A stretch of 64,000 nt of DNA from Psammoneis japonica (lineage: Eukaryota): assembly GCA_008632985.1 (NCBI GenBank), contig QPGO01000066.1, positions 327,771-391,770 on the forward strand, in the 5' to 3' direction. The notes beneath the pieces are model-generated. The model made no database searches. It was given only the letters and a program-made list of their open reading frames with translations, and had not been told where the DNA came from. Each line of letters opens with the position of its first letter. Within the stretch, counting starts at the first letter, position 1. Below are positions 51,770-64,000 of this stretch, in pieces. Position numbers and translations under genes: made by a program.

Positions 51770-52100
51770 GATCGTGTCGTCGGCAGAGAACAAAACAAAC
51801 AACACCAACCATCTGCACCAGTAGAAAATAGAAAAGAACACAATAAATTTTAGGAGTCATCAAATAAAAAATACTGGTACCACCATCAAACTCGAGACAT
51901 CTCTTACCCGTCGTATCACGCCAGTACCAGTCGATTCATGAACGATCTTGTCGGCGGCAGAGAAAAAACACCAACCATTGCACCAGCAGAAAATAGAAAA
52001 TGACGCAACAACTTTGAGCAGTCATCAAATGACAAAAACCACCATAGAACTCGAGGCATTTATCTTACCTTATATGAATGCTCTTACCCGTCTTATCGTC
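51770..52100. repeat. Imperfect direct duplication (~150-170 bp)
   Basis: caccaaccat..gcaccagYagaaaatagaaaa...gtcatcaaat...actcgag..at...ctcttacccgtc occurs twice. Confidence 0.7.
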
Positions 52101-52630
52101 CCAGCGTGACGGCATGAACGGAACCGAGTGGCCATGGTGACGCGTACGCCGCGGTGTGTGGTGATGGTCGTGCGTCGGCTTGAGACCATCCCTTTGAATG
52201 AGAATCTTCCATTTCGGTCAATGAGTTAATACATACCACTCAACGGCTGTGAGATAATATTACTTAGAGCATTTTCATATTCATTACCGGTAGAACCTAA
52301 AAGTATTTGTATTTTGCATATTTTAGTATCAAAGATATTTATTTTTATTTTTGACATATGTTGCATTCGACTTCCTACAAAAATCCCAGGTTTCGTTTCG
52401 TCGTGACACGACAGATCCTCAAGAATCAAACCCAAAAAGCAGCGGAAGCAGCAACAAGCAATTCAATCCAAAAAGAGATCTAGGATTATCCTATAAAAAA
52501 GTGTAAACCTCGCGGCTCATCGTAGTAGCCTATCGGAGACGAGGGACATGGAAGGCCTCGTTCTAATCACCAATCGTGCAACCTTCCCGTCTGATATGCA
52601 TTGATATGTGAAACAGCACGCACGAGCTTT

Positions 52631-55600
52631 CTACTCCTTAACGGAGCCAAGTCGAAGCCTCCGTCGAGATGCGTTGGCCTTAATGTCGAGCAACGTGTCA
52701 TCGTCAAACCAAACTCGCACCTGGTAGTCCCAGCTGCCAGCGGTTGTTGCTCCGTCACTGCTGGTAACCTTGTTCTGGAAATCGAGACGCAAAATGGCTT
52801 CCGAGTAACCGGGAAGTGTTGCAGCGGGAGCAATTTTCAAGTTTGCAACAGACGGATCATCCGAACCGCTCCAGACAGTGTTCTTCGTGTTGCCGACAGT
52901 CAGCGTAATGCCCTTCAAGTCACCGTTCGATGCCGGCCACTCGGCATCAATGTGAACAATTGCCTGCTGCTCGCGAAAGTTGGTAAGCCTCACGGTCAAC
53001 CTCTTTCCGTTCGTCTGCAGACGGTCGATCCTGAGTCCTTGTCCAACTGTGAGTGTATCACTGTCACAAGCCCTGTCCACCTCCATGGACGAGTCTTCGC
53101 CCAGGGCACAGGCCTCGTTGGGCACCTCGAATTCATTCACCACATTGCCACACTGCTTGAAGAATTCTCCGCCCGCCTTGTAACGCTCAATATGGAAGTA
53201 CGCGACGCGATGCGAATGGACGCCCTGTGTCGGTCCAGCCGTCTCGCCCCATCCGTCAGAGAATGCATCAGAGCAAGACAGATGCAACAACATAGGCGGA
53301 TCGCCTCCCGGACCATCCAGGTCGACCAGAATGTCGTGCCTCGTAACATCCTTTACGAAATTGACCTCACTCGTCACATCCACGCCGTCCAGATAGACAA
53401 ATTCTTGGCCGGATGCCGTGTTTGTGGTTCCTTCCAACACCACAAAATCCCCCGTGTCTACGTTCTCAAAGACCAGCCTGAACTCGTCACCCCGATCAGA
53501 ATTGTAGTCGTTGCTGGCCGTGAAGGGCGCTGTGACGTACGTCACTGTGATTGTCACAGAATCACCCGCCGGAATGTTCACGGTACAATCAATGGACGCA
53601 CCAACAATGCAATCTTCTCTCGGCTCAACCGACGTGACACCGAGAATCGGATCCACCGCATCCGTCACGGAAACGCCAGACGCATCCGACGGACCATCGT
53701 TGCTCACCGTGAGTGTAAACGTTTGGGTCGAACCCTGCGGTGCGGTGGACGGATCAAACGCCTTGACGATCGACAAGTTGATGTCCGTAAGAATGCCAAT
53801 GGTGTCCGAGCCCGTGTCGCTGATGTTGGCGATGTTGTCATTACTATCCGTGTAGGTGTTGGATGCGGTGGCGGAATTCGGGACCTCATTGACTTCACCG
53901 ACATTGGAGGGTACAATGAAATCCACCGTGATTGTGACGGACTCACCGACGGCGAGTTCTGCGATGTTGCAACTAACGGACTGGCCCGAGGAGGCAGAAC
54001 AGTCCACTGTGGCGGAGGTAGCGCTCACACCAGTGACAGCGAGCCTGGCATCCACCTCGTCCTCGACCAAAGTGTCGGTCAGGACGACGTTGCCGTCGTT
54101 TGCAACCTTGAGAGTGAAGCTGCCGCCACCTACAGCACCAGCAATCACAGAATCTTGTTGGAACGACTTCGTAATATTCACAGATGGTTCGGCTCCAAAG
54201 TAGTGGCTCGGGTCGCTGTTTGTTCGGGTAGCACTGTCTCCATCGGTATCCGTGTGTTGCGCCGTGACGTTCCCCGTGTTTTTATACAAATCAGTCGTAG
54301 TAGCCGTGCCCGAACGAGAGCATGTCATTGATTCATCGACAGCCAGACTGTCCTTAGGGCAAGATATTTGACCTTCCTTGTCATCAGAGACTTGAACATT
54401 CACCAAAGGAACATCGCCATCGTTTGTCACGACGTACGACCACTCCACGTCTTCTCCAACTAGAATCTCCGGAATGAGCTTGCTGGTGTCGTCGGCATCA
54501 AACATGAATGTCGTTTTTTCGATCTGAACGGAAGGGTTGATCATGTCAACAAACGCGGTGTCGCTATCACTGACTGGAGTGCCCTCGTCGTCTTCTCCTG
54601 TGACGGTTACAGTGTCTGTTTCATCCGCATCGACAAGTCCGATAAAGCTGCAAGTGAAGGATTGGCCAGAATTGATTATCTGCCCGATTACATTTTGGCC
54701 GTTGTTGTCCAAGCACTCTACGTCTCCGTGCATGTCATCGTTAATGCCGGTAATGGTTACGGGGTCGGTCGACACACCGGTGTTACTAATGACAACCGTG
54801 AAGGTCACGTCCTCGCCAGGTGAAAAAACTTGCTTCTGATCTGCTGTTTTGACGACATCAATCGAGGGAGCCACATCAACCGCCGTCACCGTGTGATCAT
54901 CGTTGTCAGTCGCCGTCGTTCCCTCGTCATCTTTCGCAACAACAGTCACCACGTTGGTGTGGGTCTCATCCGCATCCAAGTTCAGTGGTCGGGAGAAGGA
55001 GAACGTAAAGGAATCGCCAAAGTCCAAAATGATTTGGCCACCGTTCGCTGCCTCTGCCTCGGGCAACAAATTACCGAACTTGTCATCGGTCAATGAAGTG
55101 ACTGTGAGACGGTCCGTCTCCACGCTGTCGTTGGTAATGGTGATGGAATAAGTGGCAGTATCGCCGCCCTCGTTAATCGTCGCATTGCCGTCCTTCACGA
55201 TCGCAATTACGGGAGCCACATTATCCGCCCCCACCGTGTGTGTATCGTCGGCAGTCGCCGTCGCTTTCTCGTCATCTTCCGCCACAACAGTGACCACGTT
55301 GGTGTGGGTCTCACCCACATTCAAAGTCAAATCCCTATCGAAGGAGAAGGAGAAGGATTCGCCAGGGTTCAAAGTAATTATTTGGTCACCGTTCGCTGCC
55401 TCTGCCTCGGGCAACAAATTACCGAACTTGTCATCGTCCAATGATTTGATCGTCAGAGGATCTTTGTCTCCGCTGTCGTTGGTAATGTTGATGGAGTAAG
55501 TGGCAGTATCGCCGCCCTCGTTAATCGTCGCATTGCCATCCTTCACGATCGAAATCGCAGGAGCCACATTCTTTCCCCTCACCGTGTGATCATCGTTGTC

Positions 55601-58600
55601 AGTCGCCTCCATTCCCTCGTCATCTACCGCCACAACAGTCACCACGTTGGTGTGGGTCTCATCCGCATCCAAGTTCAGTGGTCGGGAGAAGGAGAACGTA
55701 AAGGAATCGCCAAAGTCCAAAATGATTTGGCCACCATACGCTGCCTCTGCCTCGGGCAACAAATCATCAAACTTGTCATCGGTCAATGAAGTGACTGTGA
55801 GACGGTCCGTCTCCACGCTGTCGTTGGTAATGGTGATGGAATAAGTGGCAGTATCGCCGCCCTCGTTAATCGTCGCATTGCCATCCTTCACGATCGAAAT
55901 CGCAGGAGCCACATTCTTTCCCCTCACCGTGTGATCATCGGTGGCAGTCGCCGTCGTTCCCTCGTCATCATTCGCCACAACAGTCACCACGTTGGTGTGG
56001 GTCTCATCCGCATCCAAGTTCAGTGGTCGGGAGAAGGAGAACGTAAAGGAATCGCCAAAGTCCAAAATGATTTGGCCACCATACGCTGCCTCTGCCTCGG
56101 GCAACAAATCATCAAACTTGTCATCGGTCAATGAAGTGACTGTGAGACGGTCCGTCTCCACGCTGTCGTTGGTAATGGTGATGGAATAAGTGGCAGTGTC
56201 GCCGCCCTCGTTAATCGTCGCATTGCCGTCCTTCACGATCGCAATTTCGGGAGCCACATTATCCGCCCCCACCGTGTGTGTATCGTCGGCAGTCGCCGTC
56301 GCTTCCTCGTCATCTTTCGCCACAACAGTGACCACGTTGGTGTGGGTCTCACCCACATCCAAAGTCAAATCCCTATCGAAGGTGAAGAAAAAGGATTCGC
56401 CGGGGTTCAAAGTAATTATTTGGTCACCGTTCGCTGCCTCTGCCTCGGGCAACAAATTACCGAACTTGTCATCGTCCAATGATAAGATCGTCAGACGATC
56501 TGTGTCTCCGCTGTCGTTGGTAATGTTGATGGAGTAAGTGGCAGTATCGCCGCCCTCGTTAATCGTCGCATTGCCATCCTTCACGATCGAAATCGCAGGA
56601 GCCACATTCTTTCCCCTCACCGTGTGATCATCGTTGTCAGTCGCCTCCATTCCCTCGTCATCTACCGCCACAACAGTCACCACGTTGGTGTGGGTCTCAT
56701 CCGCATCCAAGTTCAGTGGTCGGGAGAAGGAGAACGTAAAGGAATCGCCAAAGTCCAAAATGATTTGGCCACCATACGCTGCCTCTGCCTCGGGCAACAA
56801 ATCATCAAACTTGTCATCGGTCAATGAAGTGACTGTGAGACGGTCCGTCTCCACGCTGTCGTTGGTAATGGTGATGGAATAAGTGGCAGTATCGCCGCCC
56901 TCGTTAATCGTCGCATTGCCGTCCTTCACGATCGCAATTTCGGGAGCCACATTATCCGCCCCCACCGTGTGTGTATCGTCGGCAGTCGCCGTCGCTTCCT
57001 CGTCATCTTTCGCCACAACAGTGACCACGTTGGTGTGGGTCTCACCCACATCCAAAGTCAAATCCCTATCGAAGGTGAAGAAAAAGGATTCGCCAGGGTT
57101 CAAAGTAATTATTTGGTCACCGTTCGCTGCTTCTGCCTCGGGCAACAAATTACCGAACTTGTCATCGTCCAATGATAAGATCGTCAGAGGATCTGTGTCT
57201 CCGCTGTCGTTGGTAATGTTGATGGAGTAAGTGGCAGTATCGCCGCCCTCGTTAATCGTCGCATTGCCATCCTTCACGATCGAAATCGCAGGAGCCACAT
57301 TCTTTCCCCTCACCGTGTGATCATCGTTGTCAGTCGCCTCCATTCCCTCGTCATCTACCGCCACAACAGTCACCACGTTGGTGTGGGTCTCATCCGCATC
57401 CAAGTTCAGTGGTCGGGAGAAGGAGAAGGAGAAGGAATCGCCAGGGCTCAAAGTAATTGGACCACCGTTCTCTGCCTGAGCCTCGGGCAACAAATCACCA
57501 AACTGGTCATCGTCCAATGATGTGATCGTCAGAGGATCCGTCTCCACGCTGTCGTTGGTTATGGTGATGGAGTAAGTGGCAGTATCGCCGCCCTCGTTAA
57601 TCGTCGCATTGCCATCCTTCACGATCGAAATCGCAGGAGCCACATTATCCGCCCCCACCGTGTGTGTATCGTCGGCAGTCGCCGTCGCTCCCTCGTCATC
57701 TTCCGCCACAACAGTGACCACGTTGGTGTGGGTCTCACCCACATTCAAAGTCAAATCCCTATCGAAGAAGAAGGAGAAGGATTCGCCAGGGTTCAAAGTA
57801 ATTATTTGGTCACCGTTCGCTGCCTCTGCCTCGGGCAACAAATTACCGAACTTGTCATCGTCCAATGATTTGATCGTCAGAGGATCTTTGTCTCCGCTGT
57901 CGTTGGTAATGATGATGTCGTAAGTGGCAGTATCGCCGCCCTCGTTAATCGTAGTCGGGCCGTCCTTGACGATCGAAATCGCAGGATCCACATCAACCGC
58001 CGTCACCATGTGATCATCGTCGGCAGTCGCCGTCGTTCCCTCGTCATCTACCGCCACAACAGTCACCACGTTGGTGTGGTCATCGCCCACATTCAAAGTC
58101 AAATCCCTATCGAAGGAGAAGGAGAAGGATTCGCCAGGGTTCAAAGTAATTGGACCACCGTTCGCATCCTCTGCCGCGTCCAACAAATCACCAAACTTGT
58201 CATCGGTCAATGAAGTGACTGTGATAGGATCCGTCCCTTCGCTGTTGTTGGTGATTTCGATGGAGTAAGTGGCAGTATCGCCGCCCTCGTTAATCGTAGA
58301 CGGGCCGTCCTTCACGATTGCAATTTTGGGAGCCACATCAACCGCCCCCACCGTGTGATCATCGTTGTCAGTCGCCTCCGTTCCCTCGTCATCTACCGCC
58401 ACAACAGTCACCACGTTGGTGTGGACATCGCCCACATTCAAAGTCAAATCCCCATCGAAGTTAAAGGAGAAGGATTCGCCAGGGTTCAAAGTAATTGGAC
58501 CACCGTTCGCATCCTCTGCCGCGTTCAACAAATCACCAAACTTGTCATCGATCAACGAAGTAATGGTCAAGGCGACGTTTCCCGTGTTGCTAATACTAAT

Positions 58601-61412
58601 GTCGTAAGTGGCGGTGTTAACGCCCTCGTCAATCGTAGCCGGGCCGCTCTTGTCAATGGAAACCCCCGGCGCACTTGCCGCCGCCACCGTTACCGTTGCA
58701 GTATCACTAGCGGTAAGCCCTTCTCCAGTCGCCGTCGCTGTATTAATCACAGTTCCCTCCGTGTCTAGTTGGACAATCTTTTCAAAGGTCGCGGTTTCAC
58801 TGACAGCCAGCGAGGTGGATGTGACGACCTCAAAGTCATCCGCCGTGTTAGCAGGAGTGCCGTTGTCGTCCGTAATATCAAGATTAGACAGTTCGGCCGT
58901 TCCAGGATTCGAGACCGTGTAACAATACTTGACGAAATCTCCGGCTGTAACATCAAGCGACTCTACGGCGTCAGCGCAATCTCCGTTTTCCGTAGTGACC
59001 TTCTTTTCGATTTCCAAGAGAGGCTCTCCAACTGATTCAACAGTTGTAGTCTCTTGATCCGTGTCGTTGTCGGAATTAGTATCATCGGAAATGGTCGTCA
59101 CTGTGACCGAGTTGACGATTTCTTCTCCAGTAAAAGCTGCATCCACTGTCACGGTAATCGTGTACTCGACACTTTCTCCGGCGGTGAGGGCGCCGACATT
59201 CCACTGGACAGCCCCATCTGTGTCGATATAAACCCCCCCATCGGAAGCACTCACAAAGTCCACGTTCGGATCCAATACATCATAGACAACCACTTCATTT
59301 GCAATTGAAGGTCCAAGGTTGGTGGCGGTGATTGTGTAGGTCAGTGTTCCTCCAGGTTGAACGGGGTCGGGGTCATCCGTCTTGGTTACTGCCAGGTCGA
59401 CCTGTGCATTGAAGAAATCACCAGGTTTCAAAAGTGGAACAACTTGGTTACCTGTGGAAATCGAATCACCATTCACCAACGTGATTGTTCCACTATTCGC
59501 GACATTGATTGTTTGATCACTGCCCGTTGCAGCATCAATCAAACGTGACTGGACATTTCCACCAATACCTTGGGGAATCGTATCATCCAAGACCAGCCAT
59601 GTCTCCATTACCACCTCGTCGCCATCATCAAGTCCAGAGATAGTGAACACACCCACTATTTCATCATTGATGACTGACCAGGTAAAAGAATCCACGGTTG
59701 CGTCATTACCTGCATCCACGTAAACACCATCACTTGTATCGATGAAGGATCCAAAAACACCATAACCAGTATCATCGGCTCTGGCATCATATCCAAAGTC
59801 ACCCGAGTTCGTCGTTAACGTGTTCCAACCAATAACTACGGTAATGACTCCACTTTCGGGCGCGGTGTCACCTGAAACCGAGATCTTAGTTTCAAAAGGA
59901 ACAATCTGACCCAACGCCATGTCCTGCGGCGCGAGACTTTCGACCCTGACATCAGAAGAGCCATCGTTAAAGTTGGCCGATGGAATCAAAGAGGAACCAT
60001 CTCCCCTCCCAGTTGGAGCAGTGAGATCAGTAGGGTAGGGAACGGCGGGGATGTAGATGGTCGGATCTGCGGCAGCAAAATTCAAGGTGTAGGCACCGCC
60101 CTCCAATCCTCTACTGCCGTGTAAGCCATCCTCCTGTTATCAACAAGACGCCGCGAAAGAACGATCGTGATTGAGATTTCATAGAAACAATTGTCGAAAC
60201 ACAAAAAAAGTCCAACACGTATCTTACCTGTGGCTTGCCCTCATGGCGCAGTCCATCATGACGAGTCGCCGCCGAGGCCAGACGCTGCGCAAAGTCTCCT
60301 TGTTTCTTTTCATTGTCCTCCACAATGAAGGTACTAGCACCTCCACCTTCGTCTCCACCGCCGCGGAGGTGATGAGGGATCAAGCTTGTCGTCTTGAAGA
60401 CCTACGATATCCGAGAGAGAAGCGCATGGTTGTGATATATGCAGGAGACTGTCGTCAGCAACAAATAGCGACACGGATTGCCCAACTTACCTCCAGTCCA
60501 TCACGCGCCTCCTCCTGCTTCTGACCGGCGTTCGCCTGAAACTGAAAGACAATAAAGTGTTGGCATAGTATGGAAGAGGCAATGCAACAAAGGAGAATGG
60601 ATAGAGCGACGCATTCATGGTGTACTATGGTGCATGGTGAGATCGAAAAAAAAAAAAAAATCGAGGTCAACGCACGAGGTCCAAAATGTGCGAGCTCGAG
60701 GAAACAATGATCTCGACACGATCGATCGGACTGCATAGGGCCTACCGGTACACCGTATTGGTGAAGGTCAGACAACGTCAACCGAACGGGCACGTATCAC
60801 GAGTGCACACAGACAATGACACAGTGGTCGTAGAATCATCCGCGATGACGTCACGGTGACGGATGAGAAGCCATCGTGTCAACAGGAACTATCTTGGACT
60901 CGTTCGATTAAGAAAGTTCCAAACGGCCCATGGCGTTCGACGACGGAAACGCCTCTTGTATGGACGTTGTGAATGCCAGATGCGTCAGCCATTCATGATT
61001 TGGAAGATATGGACATAGTATCATGCAATAGGGTAATGTAGTGGCGATATACACGTACGACAACAAAGAACGACGAAGTATCATACAGGGTTCTTGACAG
61101 TTGATCTACCACGCAAAACTGGGGAAAACAGGGGAAAACGACAAGTTTGACAACGTGCAAAGCCACCAGAACGCTAATGAAGCGTTCGGGTGCCATCATA
61201 CAAGAGCAATAGGGCAGAACGGTGAAAAGTACAGGGTGATCGGGCTGCTCCCCCTTGCCCCCCATGCACCAAACTGTGAAAAAGTGAAAAAACATCAGTT
61301 TAAACGATGCGCAGTGCCACGAATCACTTACCATAAGATCTCCATGCACCGAGGTGCATGAAAGGAGGTCAATGAGCGCCAAAGCGCTAAATGCCGTAGT
61401 CGCTTTTATCAT
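52631..61412 (-). CDS. Giant (>2500 aa) secreted acidic adhesin-like protein with DUF11/Ig-like domains and 11 tandem ~115-aa repeats
   Basis: 7.5-kb final exon 52631-60133. In-frame introns 60134-60227 and 60402-60490. Probable signal-peptide exon 61412-61332 (MIKATTAFSALALIDLLSCTSVHG, GTAAGT donor), but this link is tentative. DUF11 pattern DLAVTKTDDPDPVQPGGTLTYTITATNLGPS. C-terminal RRRLR. Confidence 0.85.
54870..58670 (-). repeat. Coding tandem array of 11 x ~345-bp units with A/B higher-order alternation
   Basis: The unit PxIxIVKDGxxTINEGGDTATYxIxITN...HTNVVTVVAxDDE recurs. Central units are nearly identical at DNA level. Confidence 0.92.
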
Positions 61413-61856
61413 GGGAAGTCGTATCGTATCGTAGTTTGTGTTGTACTGTGTGTGTTTTATTATTTTGTGAGCGCATCGTTCTGCGATCTTTTTTGAAATT
61501 TTGGTGATTGGTTTCGTACAATTCTACGTACCCACAGTATCATCGGTAATTCAGTACCGTTTGTCACGAAAGTGAGATCTGCCGAGGTTTGCATTGAAAT
61601 CCTCGTAGATTCTACGTGAATTTTATACCATGGGACAAATTGGGTCATCCCCAAAGATGTTTCTCCGACAAAAATGGGACGAGGCTTCGGGAGACAAGTA
61701 ATATTTTCTTAACGCGATATTGCCCATCGTGCGAAGAGGCTTCTGGCGACATACGTTTTTCCAAATGATGTTGTTAATTAGAAAAACAGGAGACAAATGT
61801 CGACGTGGACATGTTTAACGCTAAATTGCCCAGAGTGTCATGGAGAAATGCCTGGC

Positions 61857-62060
61857 ATGTCACGGATGTTTCTCCGAAAAGTCATTCAATGTAGAATGGA
61901 CACCACAACAATGCAATAAATGTTTTCCAACATCGAACAAACAGTGAGTCTACTCGTGAATGTCACGGATGATTTTCCGAAAAGTCAATGTAGGATGGAC
62001 ACCACAACAATGCAATAAATGTTTTCCAACATCGAACAAACAGTGAGTCTACTCGTGAAA
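61857..62060. repeat. Tandem duplication of ~100 bp
   Basis: tgtcacggatg...ccgaaaagtca...ggacaccacaacaatgcaataaatgttttccaacatcgaacaaacagtgagtctactcgtgaa x2. Confidence 0.85.
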
Positions 62061-62359
62061 TTTCTCGACAACGTCATTTGGGCAGGATGGACACCAAACA
62101 ACACACACAATGGACATTTCATTCACTGCCCGCACAGCTGCAAAAACAAACAGCAATGGTGTGAAACAGCAACCCATGTCAGGAGTGCACCATTGTCGTC
62201 GACAGAGCAGCAAAGTTCACTGTGCAAACGCTCTCTGCCGGTGATGTCGACAATGCGAAAAGAGGAGAGTGTTGTGTCATCAGTGGCAGAGGATCCCTCA
62301 CAGCCTGAAAGAGATTTCTGTGTGCATGTGGCGGGGGCGATGCTGCTGCTGCTGAGAGC

Positions 62360-62624
62360 NNNNNNNNNNNNNNNNNNNNNNNNNNNNNNNNNNNNNNNNN
62401 NNNNNNNNNNNNNNNNNNNNNNNNNNNNNNNNNNNNNNNNNNNNNNNNNNNNNNNNNNNNNNNNNNNNNNNNNNNNNNNNNNNNNNNNNNNNNNNNNNNN
62501 NNNNNNNNNNNNNNNNNNNNNNNNNNNNNNNNNNNNNNNNNNNNNNNNNNNNNNNNNNNNNNNNNNNNNNNNNNNNNNNNNNNNNNNNNNNNNNNNNNNN
62601 NNNNNNNNNNNNNNNNNNNNNNNN
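62360..62624. other. Assembly gap
   Basis: Run of N. Confidence 0.99.
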
Positions 62625-64000
62625 CTGGCCATCTCACTTGCTGCCCGTGAAGTCAATGCAGCATTGGAGTGAAACCCCATTGCAGCCAATTCAATGGGAG
62701 GAGGTGCAAAGGCAAAAGAGGCAACGGCGTTGCCTGGCTCATCTGACTGTGCATGAGTCCAAGATGCGCACTGGCGTGTCAAAATTTCCGTTGTTGTGGC
62801 CAGCCGGTTTTGTCTTGCATTGCCAATTGCTTGATGCAAGCCCCATTTGCCAGCATGCAGACAGCCAATCTTGCACATCAAATCATGGCACAATGTTGCA
62901 TGTTGACTCGCAAGCTGGCTTGTGCAAAACACAGTCTTGTCACCTGCCACGTGTTGCTGCCACAACGTTGCCCACCACAATGGCTTCTCTCTCTTGCTTC
63001 CTTTGCAACACAAACAATGTCTCTTTTCTTTGCCATCACAAATGACTGTCCTGTGTGTGGCAAACATTTGCTCCCAACTGGTCTTCAACATCACCTCAGA
63101 ACTCTCACTTGCCTTGCAAATGCTTTTTCAGTCAATGAGTCAAAGGACGATTGTGGCAAACCACCGCCAACAGCAGAACCCAAAGAACCTGGCAACGCCA
63201 CTCCCTCCTCTGCCATCCCCCCTCCCTCCATCAAATTTAATGCCATGGGTTCTCACTCCAACACCGGGTCCACTCCACAAGTTGCAGTGCAACACAATCC
63301 CCGTCCATTGAGATCCACTCGTGAAGTGGCCCCAGTGTGAGATCTGACAGGATTTGAACAAGATTTTAGTTTGTCACACACAATTGTGTGTGCTTTTAGT
63401 TTCACGTGCGATGCAGTTTGCTTTCAAAAACAACAGCCACAGTGCCGACATCATGACGCCAGTCTTTCGGCTCCTGCAACGGTCTCTGCACGGAAACTCA
63501 TCTGCCATTTGGATGGCAGTGAGGAGCCATTGTTTTCTTCCACCCAGTCATCTTCATTTTCTGTCAGATTGACAGTCTTGGCCAATGTCCACCCATTGAG
63601 CCATCATCATTGTCATCGAGAAAATCAACAACGTGCACCAATGGCGGCGGAAGCATGTGCCTGCCACCTTCACTGCTGGGTGTTGGATTGGATGTGTGCG
63701 CTTGGATCTGTCCAATGCATCCAATCGCTGGACATGTTCATTCAACGGACATTTGTTTGGTCAGGAATTTTCGCATTCTCAGGCATCTGAGATTCTGGAT
63801 TCCTTGCAGCGGATTCCACTCCTGTTGGCAGATGGACAGACCCCATCTGCACACGTTGGCGCACACACGAGACACTGCCACCCAACTCTGGCCCTGCTCC
63901 ATGCAAGCCAAGTCTGCTGCCACCCATCTGCACTGGATTGCTGGTCTTCTGCAGTTCTCCAGCCTGCATTGGGGTGAGGGTGCTTTTCCCACATCTGTTC

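Noticed and set aside
510..51800. Classical RIP or CpG deamination alone as the cause of the TG/CA excess
   Set aside because: C->T changes cannot convert conserved Tyr codons to Cys/His or remove TpA, and CpG is still abundant in the TpA-free Helitron and Academ.
52601..54331. 576-aa plus-strand ORF and the repeated small plus-strand ORFs up to 59.5 kb
   Set aside because: Antisense shadows of the adhesin-like gene.
62630..63320. Degenerate inverted repeat next to the gap
   Set aside because: Too decayed and truncated by Ns to define an element.

Overview
Eukaryotic, repeat-rich DNA, most likely a diatom or other stramenopile (inferred from ~85-95 bp GT-AG introns, RxLR/RRLR motifs in secreted proteins and a CoDi-like copia remnant). 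The main signal is a mosaic of normal sequence and four domains (~0.5-7.5, ~12.4-37.3, ~40.6-51.8 and ~62-64 kb, about 45 kb in total) from which the dinucleotide TpA has almost vanished, replaced by TpG/CpA. Aligned repeat copies, and conserved Tyr turned into Cys/His in several unrelated proteins, give the direction as TA->TG/CA, i.e. A:T->G:C hypermutation, the opposite of fungal RIP. It prefers A in 5'-TAY, fades gradually at domain edges and accumulates with element age. This looks like a genome-defence mutator I cannot match to a described system. The mutated domains hold a giant Helitron-like Rep-Pif1-GIY-YIG pseudogene, an Academ-like transposon, a ~390-bp MITE family, copia RT/RNaseH remnants, a foldback element, a satellite and a damaged secreted phospholipase A2 gene. 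The unmutated islands hold the end of a cystathionine/methionine gamma-lyase gene, an intact ~975-aa gene with TET/JBP-like and HhH (aG/PT-pyrophosphorylase-like) motifs, a Cys-rich repeat gene with one internal TGA, and a >2500-aa DUF11/Ig-repeat adhesin-like gene. All counts and alignments were done by eye; no searches were run.
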